64,000 bases of DNA, from positions 128,001 through 192,000 of the forward strand of contig JBFMAD010000005.1 of NCBI GenBank assembly GCA_040755855.1, written 5' to 3'. The stretch comes from Planctomycetota bacterium (GTDB lineage Bacteria; Planctomycetota; Brocadiia; JAADGH01). How positions within the stretch are numbered: position 1 is the stretch's first letter; each line of letters begins with the position of its first letter. A program made the position numbers and the translations under genes. This document shows positions 53,145 to 64,000 of this stretch, piece after piece. The notes beneath the pieces were generated by a model. That model was not told where the DNA came from and searched no databases. It worked only from the letters and a program-made list of their open reading frames with translations.

Positions 53145-53513
53145 ATGGATCGAATAAGGGAAAAAAGAAGACAGCTGAAAAGACGACACCTGCGCGTGCG
53201 GCGAGGGGTTTCGGGCACGGCCGAACGACCGAGGCTGAGCGTGTATCGCAGTTTGACGAACATCTACTGCCAAATTATCAACGACAGGGAGGGGCGAACC
53301 CTCCTCGCACTGTCCACACTCTCCCCGGAGCTGAAAGCCGCTATCAAGAGCGGCGGCAACATGGAAGGCGCAAAGATCCTCGGCAAGGCCCTGGGGGAGA
53401 AAGCGGTGGCCGCAGGCATCAAAAAAGTGGTGTTCGATCGAGGCGGATACAAGTACCATGGCCGCGTGAAGGCCCTGAGCGAAGCGGCCCGCGAGGCCGG
53501 ACTCGAGTTTTAA
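53145..53513 (+). CDS. rplR: 50S ribosomal protein L18
   Basis: [21 protein letters not shown]. Confidence 0.99.
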   Translation: MDRIREKRRQLKRRHLRVRRGVSGTAERPRLSVYRSLTNIYCQIINDREGRTLLALSTLSPELKAAIKSGGNMEGAKILGKALGEKAVAAGIKKVVFDRGGYKYHGRVKALSEAAREAGLEF

Positions 53514-53525
53514 CGGAGCAATGGC

Positions 53526-54029
53526 GTGAGTGCATCGGAAGAAGCAATCCGAGGGGAAGGCGTCCTCGAGGACAAAGTAATTGAAAAAGGCATTAACCGC
53601 TGCGCCACCGTGGTAAAAGGCGGGCGACGGTTCAGCTTCAGCGCCCTGGTGGTTGTCGGAGATCGAAGAGGCACCGTCGGCATTGGGTTTGGCAAGGCCA
53701 ATGAAGTGCCCATGGCCGTCGAAAAGGCCGTAAAAGATGGCAAAAAAAACCTGGAGCGGGTCAGCCTGAAGGGCGACACAATCCCGCACACAATCATGGG
53801 ACGCTATGGTGCCGCAAGGGTGTTGTTGAAACCGGCTTCTCCGGGAACCGGCATCATCGCGGGCGCAGCCGTCCGGGCCGTTGTCGAGCTGGCCGGCGTG
53901 AAAAACATTCTTACAAAGTCCTTCGGGAGCAACAATGCCATCAATCTCGCCAAAGCGACGCTGATTGGACTGAAGCAGCTCCGCATGAAGGATGACGTTG
54001 CCGAAATGAGAGGAGTGACGCTGGAATGA
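53526..54029 (+). CDS. rpsE: 30S ribosomal protein S5
   Basis: [18 protein letters not shown]. Confidence 0.99.
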   Translation: MSASEEAIRGEGVLEDKVIEKGINRCATVVKGGRRFSFSALVVVGDRRGTVGIGFGKANEVPMAVEKAVKDGKKNLERVSLKGDTIPHTIMGRYGAARVLLKPASPGTGIIAGAAVRAVVELAGVKNILTKSFGSNNAINLAKATLIGLKQLRMKDDVAEMRGVTLE

Positions 54030-54469
54030 ATTTAACCGATGTCAAGGCAACGCCGGCGAATAGAAAACGCAAAAAGCGCGTCGGGTGCGGGACCGGGTCC
54101 GGGCACGGAGGGACATCCACGCGCGGACACAAAGGGCAAAAGGCCCGATCAGGTTATTCTCGTCGAGCCCTCTATGAGGGTGGGCAGATGCCGATCTCCC
54201 GGCGCATCCCCAAGCGCGGCTTCAACAACGCAGACTTTACCCGGCAGTACGCAGTCGTGAACGTGGGCGACCTAAATGGCTTCACGGCGGGCAGCACGGT
54301 CAACCCCGATGCGATGGCGGATGCCGGCCTGTTCAAGAAACGACTTGACGGCGTAAAAATTCTCGGCAAGGGCGAGATCAAGGTGGCGTTGACGGTCGCA
54401 GCCAACAGATTCAGCGCGAGTGCAACCCGAAAGATTCAGGAAGCCGGAGGAAATGTCCAGGAGATTTAG
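54026..54469 (+). CDS. rplO: 50S ribosomal protein L15
   Basis: GSGHG, EGGQMP, PKRGF. Confidence 0.99.
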   Translation: MNLTDVKATPANRKRKKRVGCGTGSGHGGTSTRGHKGQKARSGYSRRALYEGGQMPISRRIPKRGFNNADFTRQYAVVNVGDLNGFTAGSTVNPDAMADAGLFKKRLDGVKILGKGEIKVALTVAANRFSASATRKIQEAGGNVQEI

Positions 54470-54472
54470 CGC

Positions 54473-55876
54473 TTGAGCACGGTCGAAGACATTTTCCGCA
54501 TTCCGGATCTTCGTCGGAAGCTGATCATCACACTCTTTCTGCTGGGACTGTGCCGGCTTGGGGTCTATGTCTCCGTGCCCGGTGTGGATGTGCCCGGGCT
54601 AATCGCAACGTATGAGAAAGCCGCCCAGGATAGCGTCGCCGGCAGGCTCCTTGGGTTGATGGACTTGTTTGCCGGAGGGGCCTTCGGCCGCTGCGCGGTC
54701 TTCGGACTGGGCGTGATGCCCTACATCAGCGCCTCCATCATATTTCAGTTGCTGACCAGCGTGGTTCCCGCTCTTGAACGCCTGCACCGAGAGGGCGAAG
54801 TTGGCCGGAAAAGGATCCATCAATACACGCGAATGGCCACTGTGGCCCTTTGCCTGGTGCAGGGGGGGATCACTGTAGCCGGTCTGCGCAGCAGCGAGTC
54901 GCTGCGGCCGTTTTTTTTCGACGCCGGAATGGGGTTCATTCTCATGGCGGCCATGTTGATGACCACCGGAACCATGCTGCTCATGTGGATCGGAGAGCAG
55001 ATTGATGAATTCGGGATCGGAAACGGCATCAGCCTGATCATCATGATAGGCATCCTCGACCGGTTGCCGGTGGGAATCTGGCGCTTGGCGAGTCAGGCGA
55101 CGTTCAGCCTCAACCCGGAGGTGGGGGAAGTTGGCCCGGGCAAGATTGTGGTGCTTCTTGCCATGTTCTTCGGGATCGTTCTCGGCGTGGTCTTTATCAC
55201 AGAAGGCCAGCGGAGGATTCCCTTCCAACAGGCCAGCCACACCCGAGGCCGACGGGTTTATGTGGGACAGAAACATTATCTGCCCTTGCGCGTGAATCAG
55301 GCGGGGGTTATCCCGATCATTTTTGCGCAGTCGCTCCTTATGTTCCCAGCGACCATCGCGCACGGTGTCTTGTCGTGGTATCAGGCGAGCGGGGCGACGG
55401 GGGCGCTGGGCTACCGCTTTTGGCTGTTCGTTTCCGAGCAGCTTCAGGGCGGCACCTTCATGTATATCGTGTTCTACATGGTGCTTATCTTTATCTTCTG
55501 CTTCTTCTGGACCGCCGTTCAGTTTAATCCCCAGGAAATGGCCAACAATATGAAGGAACACGGGACGTTCATCCTCGGGATTCGTCCCGGACGGCGAACC
55601 GCCGAATACTTAGAGCGCCTGATGACGCGAATAACGCTCCCCGGAGCCGCTTTCCTGGCCGTAATCGCCATCCTGCCCATGCTGCTGACGAGGGCCATGA
55701 ACGTGGACTGGACGATTACGGGCTTCTACGGCGGGACAAGCCTCCTCATCGTAGTTGGCGTCGCCCTGGATCTGGTGAAAAAGATCGAATCGCACCTTGT
55801 CATGCGCCACTACGACGGTTTCATGCGAAGGTCTCGTGGCGGGGGCGGACACAGGAGAGGGGGGCGAAGCCTGTGA
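54473..55876 (+). CDS. secY: Preprotein translocase SecY
   Basis: LGVMPYISASII, GIGNGISLII, GVIPIIFA, GIRPG; TTG start. Confidence 0.99.
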   Translation: MSTVEDIFRIPDLRRKLIITLFLLGLCRLGVYVSVPGVDVPGLIATYEKAAQDSVAGRLLGLMDLFAGGAFGRCAVFGLGVMPYISASIIFQLLTSVVPALERLHREGEVGRKRIHQYTRMATVALCLVQGGITVAGLRSSESLRPFFFDAGMGFILMAAMLMTTGTMLLMWIGEQIDEFGIGNGISLIIMIGILDRLPVGIWRLASQATFSLNPEVGEVGPGKIVVLLAMFFGIVLGVVFITEGQRRIPFQQASHTRGRRVYVGQKHYLPLRVNQAGVIPIIFAQSLLMFPATIAHGVLSWYQASGATGALGYRFWLFVSEQLQGGTFMYIVFYMVLIFIFCFFWTAVQFNPQEMANNMKEHGTFILGIRPGRRTAEYLERLMTRITLPGAAFLAVIAILPMLLTRAMNVDWTITGFYGGTSLLIVVGVALDLVKKIESHLVMRHYDGFMRRSRGGGGHRRGGRSL

Positions 55877-56523
55877 AAGCGGTATTTCTCGGTCCTCCCG
55901 GAGCAGGAAAAGGAACACAGGCCAAACTTCTGGCGAAGGAACTGGCCGTACCGCATATCTCCACAGGGGATATGCTGCGCGACGCCGTGGCAAAGAAGAC
56001 GAACACAGGGCTTAAAGCGAAAAAATACATGGACGCCGGTCAGTTGGTGCCCGACGCCGTCATCATCGCCGTCGTGATGGAACGGCTCCAGGAGGCGGAC
56101 TGCCGGGGAGGATTCCTGCTGGACGGTTTTCCCCGCAGCATGGAGCAGGCTAAAGCGCTCGACGCGGACAGCCATTCTCCCGATGTGGTGGTGTATTTTG
56201 ACGTGGATGAAGAGACCGTTGTGGAACGCCTATCCAATCGGCGAACGTGCAGGAGTTGCGGGGCGATATACCATCTGAAGTACATGCCTTCAAAGAAAGA
56301 AGGCAAGTGTGATAAATGCGGCGGCGAACTCTTTCAACGCAGCGATGACCAGCCGAAGGCGATCCGGGAGCGCCTTCGGATATATCGTCACGAGACGGCC
56401 GACCTGATCGGGCACTATCGGCAGGTTGGCCTGCTGAATGAAGTCCGGGCCGATGGGGAAGTCGAGGAAATCCATCAGGCTGTGCTCAAGGCCGTGGGGC
56501 GGGCTGGGGAAAGCGATTCCTGA
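55873..56523 (+). CDS. adk: Adenylate kinase with a Zn lid
   Basis: GPPGAGKGTQ, LDGFPR, CRSC..CDKC. Confidence 0.99.
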   Translation: MKAVFLGPPGAGKGTQAKLLAKELAVPHISTGDMLRDAVAKKTNTGLKAKKYMDAGQLVPDAVIIAVVMERLQEADCRGGFLLDGFPRSMEQAKALDADSHSPDVVVYFDVDEETVVERLSNRRTCRSCGAIYHLKYMPSKKEGKCDKCGGELFQRSDDQPKAIRERLRIYRHETADLIGHYRQVGLLNEVRADGEVEEIHQAVLKAVGRAGESDS

Positions 56524-57293
56524 TGGCTGTACCCAAGCGCCGAAGCGAGATCAAGCGAATGCGCGCTGCGGGACGGATTGTCGCGGAGACCCTCGCTCGG
56601 ATGGCGAAAGACGCTGCTGTAGGAGTAACGACAGGGGAGCTGGATAAAATCGCGGAGGCCCTGATTCGATCTCGGGGCGGGACGCCGGTATTCAAGGGCT
56701 ATTCCCCGACGCCGGCTCACGGGCCTTATCCGGCTTCGATTTGTACGTCAATCAACGAAGAGGTCGTACACGGGATTCCCGGCCCGCGGAGACTTGAGCA
56801 GGGCGATCTCCTGAGCATTGACGTAGGCGTGAGATTGGAGGGATATTGCGCCGACGCGGCGATTACGCTTGAAATCGGACAGGTGTCGCCTGCGGCGGTG
56901 CGATTGAACCGCGTGACCCGCGAAGCGCTGGAACTGGCGATTGCCGCGGTGCGAGCGAACGCGAGAGTGTCCGATGTGTCCCGCGCCATTCAGACGTATG
57001 TCGAGGGCGAGGGGTACTCGGTCGTTCGAGAGTATACGGGGCACGGGATTGGCCGGGATCTCCACGAGAACCCGAGACTTCCGAATTATGTGAGCGCCAT
57101 CGGCGCGGCGCGGGACCCGGTGTTGCGACCTGGGATTACTGTGGCCATCGAACCGATGGTGAATGAAGGGACGTATGCGACGGAGGTCTTGTCGAACCGG
57201 TGGACGGTGGTGACGGCCGACCGCAAGCTCTCGGCACATTGGGAGCACACTGTGGTAGTGACCAATGGGCAGGCAGATATTCTGACGATTTAA
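56523..57293 (+). CDS. map: Methionine aminopeptidase type I
   Basis: [25 protein letters not shown]. Confidence 0.98.
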   Translation: MAVPKRRSEIKRMRAAGRIVAETLARMAKDAAVGVTTGELDKIAEALIRSRGGTPVFKGYSPTPAHGPYPASICTSINEEVVHGIPGPRRLEQGDLLSIDVGVRLEGYCADAAITLEIGQVSPAAVRLNRVTREALELAIAAVRANARVSDVSRAIQTYVEGEGYSVVREYTGHGIGRDLHENPRLPNYVSAIGAARDPVLRPGITVAIEPMVNEGTYATEVLSNRWTVVTADRKLSAHWEHTVVVTNGQADILTI

Positions 57294-57315
57294 AGGAGTG
57301 ACGAGGAAAGCGCTT

Positions 57316-57531
57316 ATGGCGAAGGAAGAGCCGATTCGCGTGGACGCAACCGTGAAGGAATCGCTTCCCAACGCGATGTTCCGGGTGATCCTCGAGAACG
57401 GGCATGAAGTCATGGCGCACGTGTCCGGCAAGATGCGCATGAACTTTATCCGTATTTTGCCGGGGGATAAGGTAACAATTGAAATGTCCCCTTACGATCT
57501 GTCCAAAGGCCGGATCGTGTATCGGGCGTAA
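57316..57531 (+). CDS. infA: Translation initiation factor IF-1
   Basis: [23 protein letters not shown]. Confidence 0.99.
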   Translation: MAKEEPIRVDATVKESLPNAMFRVILENGHEVMAHVSGKMRMNFIRILPGDKVTIEMSPYDLSKGRIVYRA

Positions 57532-57547
57532 CGAAAGGGCGACCGCG

Positions 57548-57664
57548 GTGAAAGTGCAAGCATCAGTCAAACGAATCTGTGAGAACTGCAAGATTGTGCG
57601 CAGGCGAGGGGTCGTGCGAGTCATCTGTACAAACCCTCGCCACAAACAGCGTCAGGGAAAGTAG
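57548..57664 (+). CDS. rpmJ: 50S ribosomal protein L36
   Basis: GTG start; [14 protein letters not shown]...[11 protein letters not shown]. Confidence 0.98.
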   Translation: MKVQASVKRICENCKIVRRRGVVRVICTNPRHKQRQGK

Positions 57665-57677
57665 GAGGAGGCGAAAC

Positions 57678-58067
57678 ATGCCGCGTATCCTGGGCGTTGA
57701 TATCCCCAATGACAAACGCATCGTGGTTGCGCTGACCTATATTTATGGCATAGGCCCCGCCAACTCGCGCGAAATTCTAAAGGCCACGGACATAGACGAA
57801 AACGTTCGCGGCCGCGACTTGACCGAGGACGAACTTAGCCGCCTTGGCAGCCATATAGAGAAAAACTACACCATTGAAGGCCAGCTCAGACGGCAGGAGG
57901 CGCAGAACATCAACCGCCTTCGGGAAATCAAATGCTATCGAGGCATGCGCCACCGACTTGGCCTGCCGGTGCGAGGGCAGCGCACAAAGACGAACGCCCG
58001 CACCCGCAAAGGCCCCCGAAAGACCGTGGCGGGCAAGAAGAGCGTCAAAGACATCACTCGCGGATAA
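57678..58067 (+). CDS. rpsM: 30S ribosomal protein S13
   Basis: [24 protein letters not shown]. Confidence 0.99.
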   Translation: MPRILGVDIPNDKRIVVALTYIYGIGPANSREILKATDIDENVRGRDLTEDELSRLGSHIEKNYTIEGQLRRQEAQNINRLREIKCYRGMRHRLGLPVRGQRTKTNARTRKGPRKTVAGKKSVKDITRG

Positions 58068-58085
58068 TCTCGCAGGTAGGAAACA

Positions 58086-58463
58086 ATGGCAAAAACAAAA
58101 CGTCGGTTGCGAAGAAACGTCGTCAAGGCCATCGCACATATCAAGGCCACATTCAACAATACGGTGATCACCATTACCGATATGAACGGCGACTCCCTCT
58201 GCTGGGACACGGCCGGGACGATCGGCTACAAGGGATCCCGCAAGAGCACGCCCTTCGCCGCGCAGAGGGCGGCTGAGAGCGTCGCTGAAAAAGCCAAAAA
58301 ATTCGGCGTGAAGGAAATTGAGATCAAAGTCAAGGGACCCGGGGCGGGCCGGGAGTCGGCCATCACGGCGCTGCAGGGCGCCGGGCTGACGGTAAGAGCC
58401 ATCGAGGATGTCACCCCGCTTCCCCACAACGGCTGTCGGCCGCGCAAGAAACGCAGGGTGTAA
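58086..58463 (+). CDS. rpsK: 30S ribosomal protein S11
   Basis: [22 protein letters not shown]. Confidence 0.99.
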   Translation: MAKTKRRLRRNVVKAIAHIKATFNNTVITITDMNGDSLCWDTAGTIGYKGSRKSTPFAAQRAAESVAEKAKKFGVKEIEIKVKGPGAGRESAITALQGAGLTVRAIEDVTPLPHNGCRPRKKRRV

Positions 58464-58490
58464 GTACGAGGAGGAGAAGAAAGCAAAAAA

Positions 58491-59117
58491 ATGTCCAGAA
58501 TCACCAGTCCGCAGTGCAAGTTATGCCGGCGCGAGGGAATGAAGCTCTACCTGAAGGGCTTCCGGTGCCATACCGTCAAGTGCGCCTTTGAGCGCCGTCC
58601 GCATCCGCCCGGGATACACCACTGGCGTCGGGGAAGCCCATCCGAATATTCGGCTCACCTGCGCGAAAAACAGAAGCTGAAACGGTTCTTCGGGATGAAC
58701 GAGGGGCAATTCCGCAGGATCTTCCGCGCCGCCGAAAAGATGCCGGGCAATACGGGAGCGAACCTCCTCGCCCTGCTCGAACGGCGCCTGGACAACGCCG
58801 CCTATCTCCTCGGCTGGGGATTGTCCCGCCGGGACGCGCGCCAGCTCGTATCCCACGGGCACATTTATGTAAACGGCCGAAAGCTGGATGTTCCATCCTA
58901 CTTGGTGAGGGAAGGAGACGTCATCACGCTGAAGCAATCGGAAAGAAGCAAGAACCGGTTGGCGGTAAACCTGGAGGCCAGCAAGGACGCCGAGGTCCCC
59001 AGTTGGCTGGAGGCCCAGCCGGAACCCCCGCAGGGGCGCGTGCTAAGGCTCCCAACGCCTGATGATGCAAGCTTGTTGGTCGAGGTGCAATTGGTCGTCG
59101 AGCTATGCTCGCGGTAG
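58491..59117 (+). CDS. rpsD: 30S ribosomal protein S4 (Zn-binding form)
   Basis: CKLCRRE..C....C, LERRLDN, ARQLVSHGH. Confidence 0.99.
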   Translation: MSRITSPQCKLCRREGMKLYLKGFRCHTVKCAFERRPHPPGIHHWRRGSPSEYSAHLREKQKLKRFFGMNEGQFRRIFRAAEKMPGNTGANLLALLERRLDNAAYLLGWGLSRRDARQLVSHGHIYVNGRKLDVPSYLVREGDVITLKQSERSKNRLAVNLEASKDAEVPSWLEAQPEPPQGRVLRLPTPDDASLLVEVQLVVELCSR

Positions 59118-59169
59118 CAGCATGCTTGGACACGTCCATAGAAACGTCTGATCTACGGGAGGACGGTAC

Positions 59170-60168
59170 ATGCGCATAAGGTGGCGAGGTTTTGAACTGC
59201 CGACCCGCGTAATCTGTGAGGATGAAACAAAGACCGACACTTATGCGAAATTCGTCGCCGAACCTTTTGAGCGAGGCTTCGGGACTACTGTCGGTAATAG
59301 CCTCCGGAGAGCTCTGCTCTCCTCCATAGAGGGAGCGGCCGCGTTCTCGGTCCACTTCCAGGGCGTCCAGCACGAATTCAGCGCCCTGCCCGGTGTGGTA
59401 GAGGACGTCGCCGAAATAATCCTCAACATCAAAAACCTGGTTGTCAAGATGCACACCGACGGTATAAAAACGGTCAAGATTGACAAACACGAGCCGGGAA
59501 AGGTGACCGGCGCCGACATCCTCTGCGATGCGGATGTCGAAATTGTCAACAAGGACCAGCACATCGCGACGATCACGGAAAAAACCAATCTCGTCGGCGA
59601 AATCCAGGTCAAGAAGGGACGGGGCTACATGGCTGCCGAGGAAAACGAACAGGGCGAGCAGGAAATCGGCGTCATCCCCATTGACTCCCACTTCTCCCCG
59701 GTGACGCGGGTGGAGTACCAAATAGAGGACAGCCGCGTCGGCCAGCGAGTCAACTACGACCGACTGGTCATGCAGGTCTGGACGAACGGCGCCATCTCGC
59801 CCGAGGACGCCATCGTCGAGGCGTCGAAGGTAATCCGGAAACATCTGAACCCGTTTGTACAATACTATGAAATCGGCGAGCAGATGCTTCGCGAAGGAGC
59901 TGCGGCAGGCGGCCGACTGCCCCCCGCCGACCAGGCCGAGCTCACCCGCAAACTCGACATGCCGGTGACAGAGCTGGAACTCTCCGTGCGTGCATCCAAT
60001 TGCCTGCAGGCGGAGAACATCAAGACGATCCGAGAGATTGTGACCCGCACCAAAGACGATATGCTCTCCATCCGAAACTTCGGCAAGACCTCGCTCAGCG
60101 AGATCGAGAGCAAACTCGCAGAATTGGGTCTTTCCCTCGGCATGGACCTCAAGGAGGTGGAGTGCTAA
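59170..60168 (+). CDS. rpoA: RNA polymerase alpha subunit
   Basis: [33 protein letters not shown]. Confidence 0.99.
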   Translation: MRIRWRGFELPTRVICEDETKTDTYAKFVAEPFERGFGTTVGNSLRRALLSSIEGAAAFSVHFQGVQHEFSALPGVVEDVAEIILNIKNLVVKMHTDGIKTVKIDKHEPGKVTGADILCDADVEIVNKDQHIATITEKTNLVGEIQVKKGRGYMAAEENEQGEQEIGVIPIDSHFSPVTRVEYQIEDSRVGQRVNYDRLVMQVWTNGAISPEDAIVEASKVIRKHLNPFVQYYEIGEQMLREGAAAGGRLPPADQAELTRKLDMPVTELELSVRASNCLQAENIKTIREIVTRTKDDMLSIRNFGKTSLSEIESKLAELGLSLGMDLKEVEC

Positions 60169-60659
60169 TGCGCCACAAGAAACAAGGCAGGAAGCTGGGA
60201 AGGACGTCGAGCCACCGAAAGGCCCTGCGGCGAAACCTGGCCATAAGCCTATTCATCCACGAACGAATCCAAACCACGCCGGCGAAGGCCAAGGAAGCCA
60301 GGCGCCTGGCCGAGAAGATGATCACCCTGGCCAAAGACGGTTCACTCCACAGCCGACGGCAGGCCCTTTCATTTTTGCAGGATCGCGATGTGGTTGATAA
60401 ACTCTTCAACGACATCGCGCCTCGATACCAGGATCGGAAGGGAGGATATACCCGCATCCTCCACCTCGATGACAGGCGTCTGGGGGATAACGCCCCAGAG
60501 GTCCTGTTTGAACTGGTCGGTGAAGATGAGGAAATCGGAAAGAAGCCGAAGACCGCTCCAAAAGCGGAAAAGAAAGAGCAGGCCGCGGCCTCGCAGGCCG
60601 ATGAAGCAAAGCAATCCGATGCAACATCGGAGACAACAGAAGAACCCAAAAAAGAATAG
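60168..60659 (+). CDS. rplQ: 50S ribosomal protein L17
   Basis: [23 protein letters not shown] overlap. Confidence 0.99.
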   Translation: MRHKKQGRKLGRTSSHRKALRRNLAISLFIHERIQTTPAKAKEARRLAEKMITLAKDGSLHSRRQALSFLQDRDVVDKLFNDIAPRYQDRKGGYTRILHLDDRRLGDNAPEVLFELVGEDEEIGKKPKTAPKAEKKEQAAASQADEAKQSDATSETTEEPKKE

Positions 60660-60688
60660 CCCCAGGCTGTCCGCATGGGGCTGCTATT
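60655..60688 (+). terminator. Stem-loop after rplQ (AGCCCCA...TGGGGCT), weak terminator or stabiliser
   Basis: Inverted repeat without a strong U tract. Confidence 0.3.
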
Positions 60689-60713
60689 GGGTCCGAACAG
60701 GGTCTACCAATCC

Positions 60714-61817
60714 ATGCAGTACCGTCCCTTGGGAAATACCGGCATTGATGTCTCCTGCATCTCCTTCGGGGCCATTAAACTCCCAAAGGTAACCTCGGAG
60801 GAGTCCGCCCGCGCCCTGAACCGCGCCCTCGACCTCGGCGTGAACTTCGTTGACACGGCGCGAAACTACCGCGACAGCGAGGAAAAGATCGGCGCCGCCA
60901 TCGGCCATCGTCGTGACGAGTTCTATCTCGCCACCAAGACCACAGGCCGCGACGCCAAATCGGCCCTCGCAGACCTCGAAACCAGCCTCCGCGATCTGAA
61001 GACCGAGAAGATTGACCTCTATCAACTTCATTCCGTCAGCGACCCCGAAACGTGGGAGCAGGTGATGGCCAAAGGCGGCGCGCTGGAAGCCGTGAAAAAG
61101 GCAAAGGACCAGGGCAAGGTTGATCACATCGGCGTCACCTGCCACCGTGACCTGTCCACGATGCGCAAGGCCATCGAGTCGGGTCAGTTCGAAACCATCA
61201 TGATGGCCTACAGCCCCATTGACTCGGAGAACGTCGCCCCTGAGATACTCCCGCTTGCCAGATCGCGCGGCATGGGGGTCATCGTTATGAAGGGACTCTC
61301 CGGCGGCCAACTCTCGAGGCCCGTCCCGGAGGGCCGGAAACGGGCGGAACCGGATGACATTGTTCGGGGCGCGTTGCGTTGCATCCTGTCCAATGGCGCC
61401 GTCTCCTGCGTGATTCCCGGCATGACATCTGTCCACGAGGTCGAGGAAAACGCCGCTACCGCCGCGATGCCCCCAATGACCGATGAGGAAAAGGCGAAGC
61501 TTCTGAAGGAAATCGGCGGTCTCGGCAAATCATTTCGCTATGGTCAGGTCTGTCTCCGGTGCGGCTACTGCCAGCCGTGCCCGCAGGAGATTGATATTAC
61601 TGCGGCGTTTCGCGCCTATGACATGGCCCGCGACTATCCCAGCAATGTCAAACATCTCGGCCGGGAGCACTACGACGCCCTCGATCCCAAGCCCGATGTA
61701 TGCAAGGAATGTGGGCAGTGCGCGGAGAAGTGTCCTGCCGGAATAGACATTCCCGCGAAGATCAAAGAGGTCCGGGAGTTCTTCGGCGGATGGTCTGGGA
61801 GTTGCGCAACGTCTTAG
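60714..61817 (+). CDS. Aldo/keto reductase with a C-terminal 4Fe-4S dicluster
   Basis: MQYRPLGNTG, DTARNY, ATK, DLYQLH; CLRCGYCQPCP and CKECGQCAEKCP. Confidence 0.92.
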   Translation: MQYRPLGNTGIDVSCISFGAIKLPKVTSEESARALNRALDLGVNFVDTARNYRDSEEKIGAAIGHRRDEFYLATKTTGRDAKSALADLETSLRDLKTEKIDLYQLHSVSDPETWEQVMAKGGALEAVKKAKDQGKVDHIGVTCHRDLSTMRKAIESGQFETIMMAYSPIDSENVAPEILPLARSRGMGVIVMKGLSGGQLSRPVPEGRKRAEPDDIVRGALRCILSNGAVSCVIPGMTSVHEVEENAATAAMPPMTDEEKAKLLKEIGGLGKSFRYGQVCLRCGYCQPCPQEIDITAAFRAYDMARDYPSNVKHLGREHYDALDPKPDVCKECGQCAEKCPAGIDIPAKIKEVREFFGGWSGSCATS

Positions 61818-62155
61818 ACGTCACCACCGCCGCCTTCAGGAATAAATTCGGCTTCGATCTCCAGGTCATCGCCCCCAGTGGCAAACACAATCCCGCCATC
61901 AGCCTCTCGGAGTGTTCCCTGTCCAAGGGTGACGTCCTTCTTTTGCTTCACATCGTGAATGGAGAATCCGCCGCCCTGCGAAGACAGAGGGATGTCCTTG
62001 CCCGCGAGGAGCAGCTTCACGGGGCGGGCTGCATTGGAGTCCAATTGGATTAGCGCGCCGCCTGCGTCCGCAGCGAGCACACATACAGAAGCACACAGGG
62101 CAAATGCCATCAGCACGTGCGGCGGAGGACGTCTCGTGTTGTGCGTCTGTCGCAA
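61814..62155 (-). CDS. Short secreted hypothetical protein, probably a 3'-truncated gene
   Basis: GAGGAG RBS plus TTG; signal peptide; ends abruptly at the AKR stop. Confidence 0.45.
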   Translation of the reverse strand: MRQTHNTRRPPPHVLMAFALCASVCVLAADAGGALIQLDSNAARPVKLLLAGKDIPLSSQGGGFSIHDVKQKKDVTLGQGTLREADGGIVFATGGDDLEIEAEFIPEGGGGDV

Positions 62156-62170
62156 GTTCTTCTCCTCAGG

Positions 62171-64000
62171 CTAAAATGGCTTGCGAATGATCTCCGATTG
62201 GATGACGTCGGGCAGACTTACCGCCGCGAAGTTCAGGTAGCACCATTCACCCCACGACAGTTTGTGTTTCGGCAGGATGCGCGGAATTCCCGCCAGGGCC
62301 TCCGGCGAACAGACATTAAACGTCGCCCGCATGAGCGCCGCCAGGACCGCCGGGTCCTTCTCGATGCAGTCATAGTAGTAGGCGAGTCCGTCAATCCCCT
62401 GCACGATTCGTCCCTCGCCCGTCCTCCACCACGGATTGTCGGGCTTGATGACGTATGGGATAAATTTCGTGCGGAGGAAATCTTCCGTGTCTTTCTTGAT
62501 CGTTCCGCCGGTAAGGAACTTGTTGGCCCAGACGGCGCTTTCCACGAAGGCGCCTCCACTGGTGGATTTGCACCGCTCCATCCACCAATAGCAATCTTTG
62601 ACAGCGGCCTCGTTGGCCTTGGGGTCCTTCGTGATCTGGGCATACATAATGGCGCAGGCCAATGTGCAGCCGATGGTATAGATGTTGTTCTCCGGCGAAT
62701 AGATTCGCGTCAGTTTGTCCAGCTTCTTGATCGGCCGGGCGCCATAGTCGTGCCAGCACCAGCCGACGCCGATGCCGCCGCCCTCGCACCGGAACGACTC
62801 GCGGTAGGCCATGTATTTTCCGAGAGAATTGAGGAATCGAGGCCTGTCGTTTTCGCTCACGTACTGAATCAGTCGGGCAATCCCGCACGCGATCTCGCCG
62901 CCGTCGGCAACGTAGCAATCATTACCATCAGGATGGTAGCCATAGCCCATGAGGTATCCGCCGTCCTCGCGCTGCTCGGCGATGATGGCATTGCCCCATC
63001 GGATGGCCGCGTCGAGGTACTTCCTCTTGCCGGTCAGGTCGTAAGACGCAAGAAGGCCCCGCGTCCCGCGGTTGTCCACGAAGGCAAAGCCGTGGAACTT
63101 ACCGTCGCCGCGTTCCTTCTGCCGCGCAACGAGCCGGTCACAGAGGCCCAAGAGAGTGCTGCGAACATCGAGCGATGTTTCGATCCGGTCAAGGATCGCG
63201 CCATCGCGCGAGATGTCGCACTGCACGCGAAAGTCTTTCCAGTCGAACCGGTCGGCGTCGGCCTCTAAGGTGAGCGCCTCCTCTGTTGCGCCCGGGCCGA
63301 TAGGGAGCAAGCGACTGGCGTCAGCGACTACGGTTTCTTTACTTCCGGTCACAAGGCGCGAGTGCAATTCGAGTTGTGACTCGGCGCTTATGCGATTTGT
63401 GACCGCCGTAAATACCTGCATCGTTGCTTTCCCGTTCACGACTTGGAATCGCGGGACGGCGGCCGTGAAGAACGCGCCGTTCAACATGCGATCCACAATC
63501 TGAACAAACGCCTTGCCCATCGCCGCATCGTCGGGTGGAAACAAGTCGCGATTGTCCACGCCGAAGCAGGCCCAGAGCGTGTCACGATATCTGCCGCCGA
63601 TGTTCACAAACAACGACGCCGCCGGCCGGCCGTCGGGTGTGAGGAGGAGCGGGATACTCCGCGCCAGCTTCTCCGTCGGCAGGAATTCGCGGGAGGGTGA
63701 CGGCTTCCGGCTCTGGATGAAATGCAGATTATCTTCCAACGTCGCGGTTGTCCAACCGGACAGCTTTCCGTGAATCCGCACATCGTCGGGAAACACGGAT
63801 TGGCCCGGCGGGGAACGAAGTTCGCTCACGTTTTGAAAGGCTTGTGGCCCAAAGAAGAGCGGCACGTCCCCGGATGCGCCGCCGGCGCGGATGCCCGAAC
63901 CGAATGCCTTGTGGATGGCGGGCGAAGTCCCAATCAGGATGGCGGTCTGCGCCATGTTCTGGGGGAGGATATCGCTTCCACGCCATTCGAGTTGGGAGAC
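62171..64000 (-). CDS. Hypothetical protein with a C-terminal alpha/alpha-toroid (glycosidase-like) domain; 5' end outside window
   Basis: Frame open to the window edge; YDLTGKRKYLDAA, YAQITKD helical-hairpin repeats. Confidence 0.65.
   Translation of the reverse strand, partial: VSQLEWRGSDILPQNMAQTAILIGTSPAIHKAFGSGIRAGGASGDVPLFFGPQAFQNVSELRSPPGQSVFPDDVRIHGKLSGWTTATLEDNLHFIQSRKPSPSREFLPTEKLARSIPLLLTPDGRPAASLFVNIGGRYRDTLWACFGVDNRDLFPPDDAAMGKAFVQIVDRMLNGAFFTAAVPRFQVVNGKATMQVFTAVTNRISAESQLELHSRLVTGSKETVVADASRLLPIGPGATEEALTLEADADRFDWKDFRVQCDISRDGAILDRIETSLDVRSTLLGLCDRLVARQKERGDGKFHGFAFVDNRGTRGLLASYDLTGKRKYLDAAIRWGNAIIAEQREDGGYLMGYGYHPDGNDCYVADGGEIACGIARLIQYVSENDRPRFLNSLGKYMAYRESFRCEGGGIGVGWCWHDYGARPIKKLDKLTRIYSPENNIYTIGCTLACAIMYAQITKDPKANEAAVKDCYWWMERCKSTSGGAFVESAVWANKFLTGGTIKKDTEDFLRTKFIPYVIKPDNPWWRTGEGRIVQGIDGLAYYYDCIEKDPAVLAALMRATFNVCSPEALAGIPRILPKHKLSWGEWCYLNFAAVSLPDVIQSEIIRKPF

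Overview
GC-rich bacterial chromosome segment, most likely Planctomycetota. The lineage call is an inference from the Rpo[15 protein letters not shown] variant, S12 RVRDLPG, the atypical EF-Tu effector loop, the rpsC/rplP overlap and a Zn-ribbon orphan. The left ~29.5 kb is accessory or mixed: a gmd 5' end, a 1.3k-aa secreted putative glycan enzyme, and a GntR-controlled sugar operon (DUF5696-like, GH127, UroD/MtaA-like, KdgK). It also holds a degraded toxin/immunity-like relic, the epmB-efp-epmA cluster, an HNH-TPR-nucleotidyltransferase fusion coupled to a HEPN gene, ald-like/csrA, an ECF sigma/anti-sigma/PocR-AraC unit and several dehydrogenases. The right ~31 kb is a nearly uninterrupted tRNA-rpmG-secE-nusG-rplKAJL-rpoBC-str-S10-spc-alpha superoperon that lacks rplC (L3) and rpmD. 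The best candidate for a new system is the HNH-TPR-MNT/HEPN cassette (17.2-19.7 kb), which has its own promoter, a possible nested antitoxin start and inverted octamer-repeat flanks. All calls come from reading motifs by eye; no searches were run.
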